From Leucoraja erinacea (lineage: Eukaryota), in the NCBI RefSeq assembly GCF_028641065.1, contig NC_073386.1, positions 40,796,001 through 40,860,000 on the forward strand: DNA of 64,000 bases. Reading direction: 5' to 3'. The position numbers were made by a program, and so were the translations under genes. This document shows positions 11,341 through 23,590 of the stretch, piece after piece. How positions within the stretch are numbered: the first letter of the stretch is position 1; every line of letters begins with the position of its first letter. Below the pieces are notes generated by a model. That model searched no databases. It worked only from the letters and a program-made list of their open reading frames with translations, and had not been told where the DNA came from.

Positions 11341-12804
11341 TTGTAGGGGCTTTTTGTCGCAACAGGCCCTTTGATTAGTGTGCGTGTGGCAGAGGTTATG
11401 GGGAGAAGGTATCTGATCCCTAGGAGTGTCAAGGGAGGGGAGCGGAGGGATTGATCACTAGGGGGAGTCCGGGCAGGGGGGAGGGGCAGAGGGGAGGTGT
11501 CTCATCCCTAGGAGTGTTAGAGGAAGGGGGCAGAAGTGATTGATCCCTGTGCGGGGGGCGGGGGCGAGGGGAGGCGGCCAATCACTAGGGAGAGTCGAGG
11601 CGGGGGGGGGGGGGGGGAATGGAGGGGAGGTGAGTGAGCCCCAGTGGAAACCAAGAGAGGCTGTACCTCCTGGGCAGTGCTCATTCTAAGAGAAATGTGA
11701 ACTGCACTTGACGCAATGAAATCCAATAAGCCACCTGATCAATGGGGTCGGGGCTGCACCCTGCGGTGTAGGGAGGAGAGCTGCCCCAGTGCTGTTAAAC
11801 CATCAGTGAAAGCAGAGATGAATGATGCTGAGAGCAGTCTGTGATTGATGGGACAGGTGGGGGTTATGGAGGCTACTGTGACAGACCTCGTCCATCCGTG
11901 ACTCGCTGTCGTTTTCCCTTGGGACAGTGGCCAGCTCCGGCAGGGTTTGCCTCCAATTCCCAGCACAGCTGGAGGGGAGGGGGGTGGGTGGGTTAGATGC
12001 ATCATTGGCCCAGGCCCAGACCCAGCTGTGGTCAAAGCTGTCCGCAGGCTCACTGCCTCCCCCTGCTGTCTGGGTATGGTAATGCTTGCATCACCTTGGC
12101 CTGCAAGTCCCCAAGCACTTCACAACTGGGAACTGCAGTACTCCCAAAGCAAAAAGGACATAGAGTGCGGGAGTAAAGTAGCTGCTCTTTCAGCATCTTT
12201 GGAGAACGTGGATAGGTGACGTTTTGGATCGAGACTTCTTTGGACTCGATCTTGGAAAGGCACACAGCAAGATTCTATGAACATGGGCCTGATCATTTCA
12301 TAAGTTCTAGCAGCAGAATTAGGCCATTCGGCCCATTGAGTCTACTCCACCATTCAATCATGGCTGATCTATCTTTACCTCTCCAGGAAGGAGGATAGCC
12401 CTGCAGATAGTCACAGATTCATGCAGTGTGGAAACAGGCCCTTCTGCCCAATGTACCCCCCACACCAGCCAACATGTCCCATCTACACTGGTTTCGCCTG
12501 CCTGCGTTTGGCCCATATCCCTCTAAACCTGTCCTATCCATTAAATATTTGAACAGCAACTCGGGTTCTTGGCAGGTGGGAATTGACTTTAAATGACAGT
12601 GCCTCCACTGACAGATTCATGATTAGTAAGGATGTCAAAGGTTATGGGAAGAAGGCAGGAGAATGTGATTGAGGGGGAAATATAGATCAGCCATGATTGA
12701 ATAGCGGAGCAGCCGATGGAAGAATGACCCAACTTGGCCTTTGGTAATTACTGATGAACATGGAGCAGTATCAGTGCAGCCCAGGTTAAGAACACAGAAC
12801 ACAG

Positions 12805-13272
12805 TGTTGCTGCCTCACAGCCCCAGAGACCCGGGTTCGATCCTGACCTCAGGTGCTGTCATAGAAACATAGAAATGGCAGGAGGAGGCCATTCGGCCCT
12901 TCGAGCCAGCACCACCATTCATTGTGATCATGGCTGATCGTCCCCTATCAATAACCCGTGCCTGCCTTCTCCCCATATCCCCTGACTCTGCTAGCCCCTA
13001 AAGCTCTATCTAACTCTCTCTTAAATCCGTATGTATGGAGTTTGTACGTTCTCTCTGTGATGATGTGGGTTTTCCCTGGATTTCTCTGCTTGCCTCCCAC
13101 AATCTAAACACGTACAGGCTTGTAGGCTAAATTGCTTCGGAAAAAAATTCTAAATATTCCGTAGCGTGTGTAGGATAGTGTTGGCGTATGGGGGTGATTG
13201 CTGGTTGGTGCAGACTCAGTGGGCCCAAAGGCCTGTTTCCGCACTATATCTTTAAACTAAACTAAACTAAAA
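12805..13272 (+). mobile_element. V-SINE interrupted by a young CR1 tail (about 12861-13028, -)
   Basis: B box GGTTCGATCC, V-domain, (CTAAA)n tail. Confidence 0.8.
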
Positions 13273-13780
13273 CAAGACATCATAGGAATAGGTCCTTCAC
13301 CCCACAATGTCTGTGCCAGACATAATGTCAAGATGAACTATAATCACATCTGTCCTCACATGATCCATACCCCTCCATTCCCTGCATATCCATGTGTCTA
13401 AGTATAAAACCTCTTAAATGGCACTGCACCATGTGCCTGCACCATCACCCCTGACAGTGTGTTCCAAGCACCCATTTTTCTATGTAAAAAAAAATGGCAC
13501 ATCTACGTTAAACTTTTCTGCTCTCATCTTAAAGCTCTGCCCTCCAGTCTGTGACATTCCCACCCTGGGGAGAAAGGGTTGGGACTCTCCATCCCATTTA
13601 TGCCTCTAATAAATGTATATACTCCTGTCAGGTCCCCCCTCAGCCTCTGCCACTGCCGACAGCCATCCAGCATCATTCGGATAACACTAAAAACTGGCAA
13701 CGTGGTCAGCACAGACATTGTGGGCCGAAGGGCCTGTTCTTGTGCTATATTGTTCTAAACCTGTCAGTGCCAGGTTTGTG

Positions 13781-13960
13781 TATGAAGGAACTGCAGATGC
13801 TGGTTTAAACTAAAGATAGACACAAAATGCTGGAGTAACTCAGCGTGACAGGCAGCATCTCTGGAGAGAAGGAATGGGTGACGTTTCAGGTTGAGCCCCT
13901 TCTTCAGACTGACGTCAGGGGGGGTGGAGGGGGAGAGATAGATTAGGAAGTGTGAAGGGT
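13781..13960 (-). mobile_element. Short Penelope-derived element with hammerhead-like core
   Basis: Minus strand CTGAAGAAGGGGCTCAACCTGAAACGTC at 13880-13907 plus family tail. Confidence 0.7.
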
Positions 13961-15850
13961 GCCAGGTTTGTCTCTGGGATGGAGCGGTGGAGCTGACGTC
14001 CGTATCTGGGCACAGACAACGCTGCTGCAATTAACCTGGTCAAGAAGGCAACGGCCGTATTGTAACGGTCGGTTCATAATAAAATGCACCCTTCGGATAT
14101 TTTACTGACTGCCATTCTCTCGAATTGTCCGGGCAGTTTGCCAGTTGTGAGTGCGAACTGTGATCCAGGATATTCCTGGATTTTGAGACTTGCAGGGGAA
14201 TTAAGGTGAAGTGTGTTCCCAATGCCGCATCAGGAGGGCTGCCTGCAGCTGTGAGCATCGCTGGGGCAGTTTTCAGTCGGCTCCCACACAGAGCGTGCCG
14301 CGCTGGAACAGAACGGGAAACCTCGCAAAGCAGGGATACAGGCCACCTGGGGTGACGAGTGTACAGCACGCCACCAGTCTGCCAAGGGTGGCACAGCGGT
14401 AGAACTGCTGCCTTACAATGGGCAGCATTCTCAGCAAAGGAAGTGGCGGCACAGTGGCATAGCAGTGGAGTTGCTGCCTTACAGCGCCAGAGACCCAGGT
14501 TCGATCCTGACTACGGGTTCCCAGAGAAAACACACGCAGTCACAGGGAGAACATGCAAACTCCGCACAGACAGAGGGACCCTGCCTCAGTGGGTCGTGGA
14601 GGTGGGTTCTCTGGATACTTTCAAGAGAGAGCTAGATAGGGCTCTTAAAGATAGCGGAGTCAGGGGATATGGGGAGAAGGCAGGAGCGGGGTACTGATTG
14701 GGGATGATCAGCCATGATCACATTGAATAGCGGTGCTGGCTCGAATGGCCGAATGGCCTACTCCTGCACCTATTGTCTATTGACAGCGCCTGTAGTCAGG
14801 AATGAGCCCGAGTCGCTGGCGCTGTAAGGCAGCAGCTTTACCGCTGTGCCTATAGGCAGCCCACCGACCTCAGCTGGGAACGTTGCCCATTGTAAAGGCA
14901 CCGAGCTCAGTGTAAGTCAGTGGCTGGTACCAATCAGCTTCCTGTGCCTATGTTCACTCCACCAAACGGATGCCTTGATGCTGAGCAAGGGGGACAGTTG
15001 GAGGTCATTGAGCAGTAAGAAAAGATTAAACCAAGCTGACGTGCGCCAAGTAACATTAGCGGAGGGTCCACATCTCCCTGCCTTCACTGAAGCTGACAGA
15101 GTGATTACGTCCACTGATCGCGATTGTTAACCTTGATGGGGACAGCGACCGTGCTCACTCTGCAGACGTGGTGAATGGAGGCCAGCCTGAGAACATTCCC
15201 CCCTGATGACCCTGACATCAAGCAGGCCAAGAGCTCCAAGCACCCTGCCTGGGGTCAAACCCTGATATCATTGACCCACATCTCCACAAGTCTGCGAGAA
15301 GTCTCTTGGAGAACACGGATAGGTGACGTTTCAGATTGGGGCCTTTCTTCAAATTGACCTGCTGAGACACCCCAGCACTTTATGCCTTTTTTGGTGATCC
15401 AGCAACTGCAGTTCCTTGTGTCTATACTTTCCAGGGATTCAGCTTGCTACCAGTTTCGATACAAGACTGTTCAGATACTTGAAGCAGTCTGATTCTGAGC
15501 CAGGACGTGGGAGAGGTTAAATCACCATTATGGTCAGTAGTGGCAACACTTCCTCTATTTTTACTTTACTTAAAACCTTTGTTACCACTCCCCCATCACT
15601 AACTGACCAGTTAACTAATCCAGTTGCCCAAGGCAAATTGATGTTAACTACACGAGTTCAGTTCAGTGATTCTCTCTGATAGTAGGTAAGGATTTCAATC
15701 TGCTCTTCCGTTTACCTGAATTGAGCTCAATTTCTGTGCAAGAACTTTCAAGCCCCTAACCAATGCTTCCAACCCTGGCTGTGACTTGGGGAATGATACA
15801 AAGGCATGGGACAAAGAAATGCCAAATTTTTGCCAGTTTATTGACTCGTA

Positions 15851-16290
15851 TGGCGGCACGGTGGTGCAGCGCCAGAGACCTGGGTCGAATCCCGACTACG
15901 GGTGCTGTCTGCACAGAGTTTGTACGTTCTCCCCATGACCGCGTAGGTTTTCTCCGGGTGCTCCAGTTTCCTCCCACATTTCAAAGACGTACAGATTTGT
16001 AGGTCTGTAGAAGGTCAGTCTGTAGAAGGGTTTTGGCCCGAAACGTCGCCTATTTTCTTCGCTCCATAGATGCTGCTGCACCCGCTGAGTTTCTCCAGCA
16101 ATTTTGTGTACCTTCGATCTTCCAGCATCTGCAGTTCCTTCTTGAACAGATTTGTAGGTTAATTGGCTTTGGCAAAAATTGTAAATTCTCCCTGGTGTGT
16201 AGGATAGTGCTTGTGTACGGTGTGATCGCTGGTTGGCGCGGAGTCAGTGGCCTGTTTTCACACTATTACTAAACTAAACTAAACTAAATA
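15851..16290 (+). mobile_element. V-SINE (HE1-like), host of the TSD-flanked PLE mini-element
   Basis: GGCACGGTGG head, TTTTCTCCGGGTGCTCCAGTTTCCTCCCACA V-domain, (CTAAA)n tail. Confidence 0.85.
16005..16145 (+). mobile_element. Short Penelope-derived insertion with 14-bp TSD inside a V-SINE
   Basis: ACAGATTTGTAGGT at 15991-16004 and 16146-16159. Confidence 0.8.
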
Positions 16291-16719
16291 TCTGCAAACA
16301 AAAATATGTTGAGTTCACTATTAACACTATAATATTACAACATTACATTCTGTTAAGTAGAAAATGGGTCAAACACGGGCAGGGGGGCTAGTTTGTCTTC
16401 TTTGTCATTGCGGGCAGGTTGGGCTAAAGGGCCTGTTTCCATGCTGCTTGACTATAATTCCATAACAATGTAACAAGAGTATTTAATCACGTTATAATTG
16501 GAGCTGAAGGGATTTTTTTTATTAAGTAATCGTGTTTAATCATTCAATTGGGAAAAAAACAATTGTGAGTTAACTGTGTTAATTGCATTGTAAAACGAAA
16601 ATAGAATACTAATATATCTGAAGAGTTTTCCCAACCCACCCCAGTGCCAATTTATTGAAGTTCTTTGAAGAAGCACTAAGCTTGAATAAAGCGGAACTGA
16701 TGAATTACAAGGATTTCCA

Positions 16720-17810
16720 AAAAGCTTAGGTGCTGTATCAAACACGATTGCTGAAACTAAAAGCTCGTGGTGTAGATGAGGTAATGGCATTGTTAGAAGA
16801 TAGGCTGGCTAACTGGAAACAGATTGTAGGCATGAATGGATCTTTTGCTAGTTGGCAAAATGGAACAAGTGATATAGCAAAAGGATCAGTCCTGGGTTCG
16901 CCACCATTTTGCAATTTACAGAAGTGATTTGGATAAAGACATTGAAGATGTACTTGTGTAGGAAGGAACTGCAGATGCTGGTTTATAGCAAAGATAGCCA
17001 CAAAGTGCTGGAGTCACTCAGTGGGTCAGGCAGCATCTCCAGAGAACATGGATAGATGACCTTTCAGGTCTGGACCATTCTGTCTGAAGAGGGTCAGGCA
17101 ACATCACTGGAGAACATGGATAGGTGGCGTTTCGGGTCGGGACCCATCTTCAGACTAAAGAACTCCGCCCCAACCAGCGATCACACAGTACACAAACGTC
17201 ACCTTGCCCTTGGGTTCCAAAACGTCACCCATCCTTTTTCTCCAGAGATGCCACCTGACCGGCTGAGTTACTCGAGCTCTGTGTTTATCTGAGGATGTAC
17301 TTGTTCCATTTGCTGAAGATTCAAAACCAGGCAGGAAAATCAGTTGTGAAAATAGATCAGGTGCTATAGAGAGATACAAATACGCCAGATGAGTGGACAG
17401 GTGGACTAAAAAATGACAAATATGAAACTATCCAATTGGCAAGAATAATGTAAAAGAATTTTGCATATATTTGGGTGACTCTTTAGAAGTCTAAAACGCA
17501 AGAGGATCTGTGTGTCCCAATGCATGATTCACAAAACATGCAGAGAATATTTAGGGACGGAGGATGCGAATGCAAAAGTGGAGATGTCGTACCTCACATT
17601 ATTTAGGGCATAGATGATATCACATCTGCAGTACTGTGTATAATTTCAGGCTAACACCAGGTTGTCTTTCGAGGAAAGATTGGACACCCTGGGCTTGTGT
17701 CCGCTAGAGTTCAGAAGAGGGAGTAGATGCTTAATTAAAACCAATAAAGCATGTGGGGCCTTGTCACGTTGGATGTTTTTAAGGCAGAGGCAGAGAGATG
17801 CATGATCGAA
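16720..17810 (+). mobile_element. Old CR1 LINE RT remnant interrupted by a palindromic Penelope-derived cluster (about 16955-17290)
   Basis: RLLLKLKARGV...LANWKQIVGMNGSFASWQ..TS.I..GSVLG peptide; later LGLCPLEFRR-like segment. Confidence 0.7.
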
Positions 17811-18257
17811 GGGATGAATGAAATTCTTCCTGACCACCATCCTAATGGATGAGCTTATCCCACCCATGGACATGGTTGTAGACTTTCCATATCCGAGGGA
17901 AATGGCCTCTGTGTCAAGCTCCATCAGACCCTGCCTGTCGTGGAGCAAGACTCTCCACCTCCATGCAACAGATGACAACTGCAGCCATGCCATGCCCTGC
18001 CAGCTCTGCGGCCATGTACAGCTTGCAGTTCAACACCCGGTTCTGGATGCAAGGTAGTCTGTCCTCCGTGTCGCTGGAATGCGGAGATGGGCAGATCGAT
18101 GAGAGGCTGTCACAAAAGGGAGGGTGTTTCTGAGACGGCACAGGGAGCTTGTAACATATCACAGCCAGAGCCAGCTCTGGGCAGAGACGGGGCAGCAGAG
18201 GACATGGGATGGATGATACCAGCAGAAGGCTGGAGCGAACCGGGCTGTGACAACATC

Positions 18258-18512
18258 TGGGGCAGCGGTAGAGATGTTGCCTTACAGCGCCAGAATTCCA
18301 GGTTCGATCCTGACTACAGGTGCTGTCTGAATGGAATTTGTACGTTCTCCCTGTGGTTTTCCCTGGGTAGTCTGGTTTCCTCCCACACTAAATAGACGTA
18401 CAGGTTTGTAGATTAATTGGCTTCGGTAAAATTGTCCCCAGTGTTTCGACAGTGCTAGTGTATGGGGAACGCTGGTCGATGCGGACCTGATGGTCTCGCT
18501 AAACTAAACTAA
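18258..18512 (+). mobile_element. V-SINE (HE1-like) followed by a PLE mini-element (about 18516-18615)
   Basis: B box and V-domain; downstream CTGAAGAAGGGTCTCGACCCAAAACGTT. Confidence 0.8.
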
Positions 18513-18790
18513 ATTGTCTGAAGAAGGGTCTCGACCCAAAACGTTACCTATTCTTTTTATTCAGAGATGCTGCCTGACCCGTTGAGTTACTCCAGCTATT
18601 TGTGTCTATCTTCAAAACTAAATTAAACTCTGCTACTGGACGGCCTCTCAAAATCCGTGCATGAAAAACGCATGATGTGCTGATAGGAATACATTGACTT
18701 GTGCCCCAGTGTAGAGTGGGCCATGGATAATTTGGTAGATCAGAGGCATGAACGCCCCAGGTTGCTCACTATGTTGTTGTGTCTCTGCAG

Positions 18791-19047
18791 ACTCGGCCAT
18801 ACAAGTGAACTCCACGTCGATGAGCTCGTCTCCACACTCGACTGTGAACTCAGTGGTCAGCCATCACTCGATGATCGGATCCTCGATAAACGCTTCGCGC
18901 TCTCTCGCCTCCTCCATGGGAAACTTGGGCTCTCCGGTCAACGGGCTGGGATCGCCCTATCCCGTCATCACCTCGTCCATAGGTTCTCCCTCGGTCTCCT
19001 TGCTGTCTACCCCAGGCATCGGCTATGGACCGCTCGGCAGTCCCCAG
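18791..19047 (+). CDS. RXRG: RXRG exon 2 (A/B domain)
   Basis: tctctgcag|AC TCG GCC... to CCC CAG|gtaaaa; encodes (D)SAIQVNSTSMSS...GSPVNGLGSPYPVITSSIGS...GYGPLGSPQ, a Ser/Pro-rich RXR N-terminus; preceding intron phase 1. Confidence 0.9.
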
Positions 19048-20116
19048 GTAAAACCTCAGCTAGGGCAAAGGTTACCGTTTTGGGGGCTATCTCAAATTAA
19101 TGAACGGAACAAGGGTAATGTAATAGAGCCACTGGTTCTCTGTCACAGACACCCGGGTTGAACTGCCACCTCGAGTGCTCTCTGTGTGGAGTTTGCATGT
19201 TCTCCTTGTGGGTTTTCTCCAGGTACTCTGGTTTCCTCCCTCATCTCATAGACTAGTGGATGGGCAGAAATTGGCCCCTTAGCCCACTGAGACTGCGCTG
19301 ACCAGATATCCCCGTACATTAGCACTATCCTACTCACTAGAGACAACTTTACCAAATCCAATTAACCTACAAACCTGCACATCTTTGGAATATGGGAGGA
19401 AAACCGGAGCACCCGGAGAAAACCCATGCAGTCACAGGAAGAACATGCAAACAGCATCCGAGGTCAGGATCGAAACCATGTCCCCGGAGGTGCGAGGCAG
19501 CAGCACTACCTCCTGCAGCACCATGCCGACATGCTGGCGGGCTTGCTCTGTTTGCCTGGTGTGGGTAGCTGTTTGTGATTAACACAGGCAGAGCAGTCCA
19601 CACTGCACAGGACATCAGCTGCATGTAGCAAGACAAAAACACTCATTGCAAAAGGCTTAACGCATGCTTTAGAGAGCCTTCTCACTGAGACATGTTCCTC
19701 ATTGAGCAGTTGTTCTCTCAGCTGGACAGCAAAATTACTGGGAGAGGTGGGAGTGGGACAAAGCCTGTCCTTTACCCAGTGAGTGGCGCCTTCTCAAAGC
19801 TCACAGATGTGTGCAGGGGTGAGGAAACAGCATGGATGTGTTTAAGAAGTAGCAAGGCAAGTGAACGTGGGAGCAGGAATGGGGTGTGATGACTGCGGGA
19901 GATGAAGTGACACAGGAGACAGTTCCTGTGGAGCATAAACACTGGCACAAAACTGTTCAACCCAATGGTTCTTTCTCTGGTATTAAATTCTGCACAATCC
20001 CTGAAACACTTCATGAAGAGTTTAAAAACTGCCTATGCTGGAAATCTGAAATAAACCACATAAAAGCAGTGGAAACACTCAGCAGGTCAGGCAGCATCTG
20101 TGGAGAAACAGTTTGA

Positions 20117-20653
20117 GTTTAGTTTATTGTCATGTGTACCAAGGTACAGTGAAAAGCTTTTGTTGTGTGCTAACCAGTCAGCGTAAAGACAATACATGAT
20201 TACAATCTAGTCATCCACAGTGTACAGATACATGATAACGGGAATAATGTACAAGAATAATGTTTAGAGCAAGATGTACGAGAATAATGTTTAAAGTCCA
20301 GTTAGGTCAGAACAAAGATAATCCAAGGATCTCCAATGAGATAGCTAGTAGCTCCGGACTGCTCCCTAGATGTTGCTAGTGTGGTTCAGTTGCTTGATAA
20401 CAGCTAAGAAGAAACTGTCCCTGAATCTGGAGGTGTGTGCTATCACACTTTTATACCTTTTGCCCGATGGGAGAGGGGAGAAGAGGGAGTGACTGGGGTG
20501 AGACTCGTCCTTGATTATGCTGGTGGCCTTGCCGAGGCAGCGTGAGGTGTAAATAGAGTCAATAGATGGGAGGTTGGTTTGCATGATGGTCCGCTCTGCG
20601 TCCACAATTTCTACAATTTCTTGAGGTCTTGGATGGAGCTGTTCCCAAGCCAA
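20117..20653 (-). mobile_element. Rex1/Babar LINE 3' fragment
   Basis: NLPSIDSIYTSRCLGKATSIIKDESHPSHSLFSPLPSGKRYKSV..TSRFRDSFF; ATGACAATAAAC tail. Confidence 0.85.
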
Positions 20654-21409
20654 ACAGAGTTAAACTTTGACCCAACATCAAACACCTTCCCTACAACTTA
20701 AAACCCCTTGAAAAAATATATTTTACTCTTGCAATAGAGACACAAAGAACTGCAGTTGCTGATTTATTGTGGAGGTCGTTTTGGCTGTAATAGTGAGATA
20801 TGTAGGATTTTAAACAGGAGCGATTCTGATAACAAGAGTTCCCCCTCTGTGGTCACTCAATGCACAGTCCTGGAGACGCCTCACATTCCTCACTGCTTTG
20901 CCCCTATACAGGGCCGAAGTAATTTGTGTCATTCCCGGGACTGGATGTAGTCACAGCTGCTGTATAAATGATGCAGAGGAGCCCCCGGCATGGCTGGTGC
21001 CTCTCTGTAATTTAACGTGAGCTGATGTCGGCTCACGTGAGCACATTATATAACAGTCACTCTGCTGCAGGCCACTTGGCAATGATCCCAGCCAGCTGAA
21101 GCCCCAGTAAATCTGTTCGACAAACACAATATTGCCCATCACCCAGAATCCAGATACACACAATGTCCCACTAACTCGCCACCTCTGTGCTCCACATCAA
21201 TGCTGGCTCCCTGTTTGATTGTGCCTCAATTTTCAAGCTCTGCGATTGGCATTGCAATCTCGTTCCTTTCCCTGCCTCCAGCCCTGCACCCACCCAGGTC
21301 TCTATGTCCCTGTCTCTGTAGAAAGCATTCTTTCAGGAGGCATTGCAGCCTGGTTTGGGAACAGCTCCAACCAAGGCCACGAGAAACTGCAGAGAGTTGT
21401 GGATCTGTA

Positions 21410-21700
21410 CCTAACCTGCGCTGTCCCTGCTTTGGGATTGCGTGATGGGACAGTGTACAGGGATTTTTATTCTGTATATGAACCTCTGTTGTTGCTCTGG
21501 GACTGTGTGATGGGGTAGTGCAGAGGGATCTTCATTCTGTATCTAGGAGTGTGATGACAGTGTAGTAAAGTTCACTCCCTGCCCTGTGAGTGTGATGGGA
21601 CAGTGTCGAGGCAACTTTCCTCTTTATCCAAGCCGTGCTGTCCCTGCCCTGGGAATTTGTGCTGGGAGTGATGTGAGGTAATAGAGCTCTTTGCTTATCC
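21410..21700 (+). repeat. Degenerate satellite-like repeat (TGTGATGGGACAGTGT.GAGG core)
   Basis: Several diverged tandem units; the same family occurs inverted at about 40580-40640, 41890-42010 and 42250-42305. Confidence 0.55.
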
Positions 21701-22044
21701 AGCAGTGAAAGGCACCAACAGTTTGGTTCCCGAGAGTTGATGGGGAACTGAGAGGCATGAAAGATTCCTTCTATCATTCATTTTCGCCTCTGCCCCTGAT
21801 TCTGCCTCAGTATATGGGACAGCACCCATTTCGCACACAGCCTCCTGTGCATTGCAGAATGAGCTGCAGCAGGTAGAGACACTGCCTCGCAGCGCCAGGG
21901 GCTCGGGTGCAATGTCAGCTTCCGATGCTCTCCGTGTGGAGTTTGCACGTTCGCCCTGTGGGTTTCTTCCGAGTACTTCGGTTTCCCCCCACATCCCGAA
22001 GACGGATCAAAGGGTTCATTGGCTCTACATTTGTTACTGTTTTT

Positions 22045-22332
22045 TTAGACTTTTAGAGAAACAGGCCCTTCGGACACTGAGTCTGCGCCAACAAGCAATC
22101 CCCACACACTATCACTATGCTACATACTAGGTACAATTTACAAATTTACCAAGCCAATTAACCTACAAACTTGTACGTCTTTGGAGTGTGGGAGGAAACC
22201 AGAGCACCCAGAGAAAACCCATGCAATCACAGGGAGAACATATAAACTCCATACAGACAGCACCCTGAGAAAGGATCAAATCTGAGTCTCTGGCGCTGTA
22301 AGTCGGCAACTCTACCGCTGCGCCACTGTGTC
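22045..22332 (-). mobile_element. V-SINE (HE1-like)
   Basis: Complete head, V-domain and tail on the minus strand. Confidence 0.85.
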
Positions 22333-22907
22333 ACCTGTGTAATGTGTGTGTGTGTGTGGTAGAATGTATGGGAGGGAGTTGATGGCTTTTGGGGAGAATA
22401 ATAGTGATGTATGGGTGTAAATAGGGGTTGATAGTCAGTGTGGACTTGATGGGCCGAAGGGCCTGTTACTGGGCTGTAATTCTTTATAAGGTGAGCAGAA
22501 TATTCCATTATAAAATGCCCACCCAGTGTGCAGTGAGGTCTGAGCAGGCTGTGCTGAGCTGTGAATTATATCCCCGAGCAGTGCAATCCATTCTCCCTCG
22601 GCCCAGGCTGTCAGCTGCCTGTTCGGGCTGCTGGTTCAGTACAATGTTACAGCTGCAAGTGTTTGGCAGGCAGACAACATCATGGAGTGGCCGCCACGTT
22701 GCTCACTCACCCCAGGCTTCCAGCCCCTCTCCACCTCCCTCCTGCTTTCAGCCCAGCACAGCTTGGCGCTCAGCTCAGCGGAGATGATTGCATTGTGGAG
22801 CCCGGGAGCTGTCCACCCATTCCAGGAGATCCACTGGCATGGGTGTGGTGTGAGTGCAGCCCCTCTGAAAGTGCCCAGGGCACATGTTCTGACTCCAGGC
22901 AGGGACA

Positions 22908-23590
22908 AGGCCTTCATCAGTAAGAATAACGAGTATAGAAGGTGGGTGGTCATGTTGCAGTTACATCAGATGTTGGTGAGGCCACATTATTGATAGACAC
23001 AAAATGCTGGAGGACCTCAGTGGGACAGGCAGCATCTCAGGAGGGAAGGAATGGGTGACGTTTCGGGTCGAGACCCTTTTGTATTGTGTTCAGTTTTGGG
23101 CACCGTGTTATTAGAACGATGTTGTCAAACTGGAAAGGGTGCAGAGAAGGGTCACAAGGATGTTACAAGGACTCGACGGCCAGAGCTATTGGGAGAGGTT
23201 GAGCAGACTAGGTGGATCAGGGGTGATCATACAGAAATGTACAAAATCATGGGAGGAATTGATCTCTTGAGTCTCTTGCCCAGAGTAAGGAAATTGAGAA
23301 CCAGAGGACATAGGTTTAAGGCAAGGGGAAGAAAGATTTAATAGGAACCTGAGGGATAACTTTTTACGCAAAGGGTGGTGGGTGTATTGAACAAGCTGCC
23401 CAAAGAGGTGTTGAGGCAGGTACTATCACAGCGTTTAAGAGACATTTGGATGGGTATATGGATAGGATGGGTTTAGATGGGTATGGGCCAAACGCTGGCA
23501 GGTGGGAATAGTGTAGATGGAGCATGTTGGTGGGTGTGGGCATGTTGGGCCAAAGGGCCTGTTTCCACATTGTATGACTCTATGATTCTA
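22908..23590 (+). mobile_element. CR1/HER1-like LINE 3' fragment with a Penelope-derived insertion (about 22990-23080)
   Basis: AFISKNNEYRRW.VMLQLHQMLVRPH / CVQFW...RTRGHRFKARG...; CR1 tail ending TATGACTCTATGATTCTA. Confidence 0.8.
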
